In this document: positions 13,725 to 13,776 of the stretch, in pieces
Numbering within the stretch: position 1 is the first letter of the stretch
Layout of the letters: every line of letters starts with the position of its first letter
DNA from: Candidatus Altiarchaeota archaeon
Lineage (GTDB): Archaea; Altiarchaeota; Altiarchaeia; IMC4; SCGC-AAA252-I15
DNA length: 13,776 bases
Assembly (NCBI GenBank): GCA_026394745.1
Contig: JAPKXP010000112.1
Coordinates: forward strand, 1 to 13,776
Direction: 5' to 3'
Notes under the pieces: model-generated
Told to the model about the DNA's origin: nothing
What the model saw: the letters and a program-made list of their open reading frames with translations, nothing else
The model's database searches: none
Translations under genes and position numbers: made by a program

Positions 13725-13776
13725 CTGAAGAAAGTATTCTCGGTCATGTTCAACACAGGCATCTTGCCTTCAGTGT

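Noticed and set aside
1-13776. CRISPR arrays, tRNA/rRNA genes, IS elements and transposases
   Set aside because: No regularly spaced direct repeats. No tRNA-like cloverleaf sequence was seen in the intergenic regions. No transposase- or integrase-like ORF and no terminal inverted repeats flank the accessory block.
13721-13776. Possible 3' end of a convergent minus-strand gene after endA (...MPVLNMTENTFFS*)
   Set aside because: Only about 18 codons are visible before the window edge, too little to support a call.

Overview
Archaeal chromosomal segment, moderate GC. The call as archaeal rests on recognisable RadA, membrane-anchored LonB, archaeal-type SAM synthetase, unfused Kae1 and a short tRNA-splicing endonuclease.

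The right two-thirds (7030-13724) is a compact housekeeping block, almost all on the minus strand. It reads kae1, then an SPFH/band-7 protein abutting lonB (2-nt gap), then radA, then mat; endA diverges from kae1 across a short intergenic region with TATA-like boxes facing both ways. Most genes have an A/T-rich TATA-like box 22-33 nt upstream of the ATG and no Shine-Dalgarno, which suggests leaderless transcripts.

The left half (about 600-7000) looks accessory and is dominated by membrane and surface proteins. It encodes an inhibitory-type serpin with an N-terminal anchor and a Cys-rich module. Immediately upstream and co-oriented is a 699-aa HExxH surface protein with a Cys-rich module, a Thr linker and a carboxypeptidase-regulatory-like domain. 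A 111-aa Cys-rich protein shares a distinctive C-terminal 'CC(C)-hydrophobic helix-K-[AS]' tail with the 699-aa protein. A 164-aa protein carries five tandem Cys-hairpin repeats and an N-terminal 'hydrophobic-GGCICCG' anchor. TspO and an ICMT-family (isoprenylcysteine carboxyl methyltransferase) membrane methyltransferase complete the cluster.

Two adjacent perfect dyad-symmetry elements sit upstream of the methyltransferase gene. Two sub-threshold ORFs missing from the ORF track are flagged: a 27-aa single-helix micro-protein with a strong GAGGAGG ribosome-binding site, and a 35-aa very basic peptide. A partial P-loop gene with a deviant Walker A runs off the left edge.

No CRISPR array, rRNA, tRNA or transposase was found. 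All product calls come from reading motifs by eye; no database search was run.
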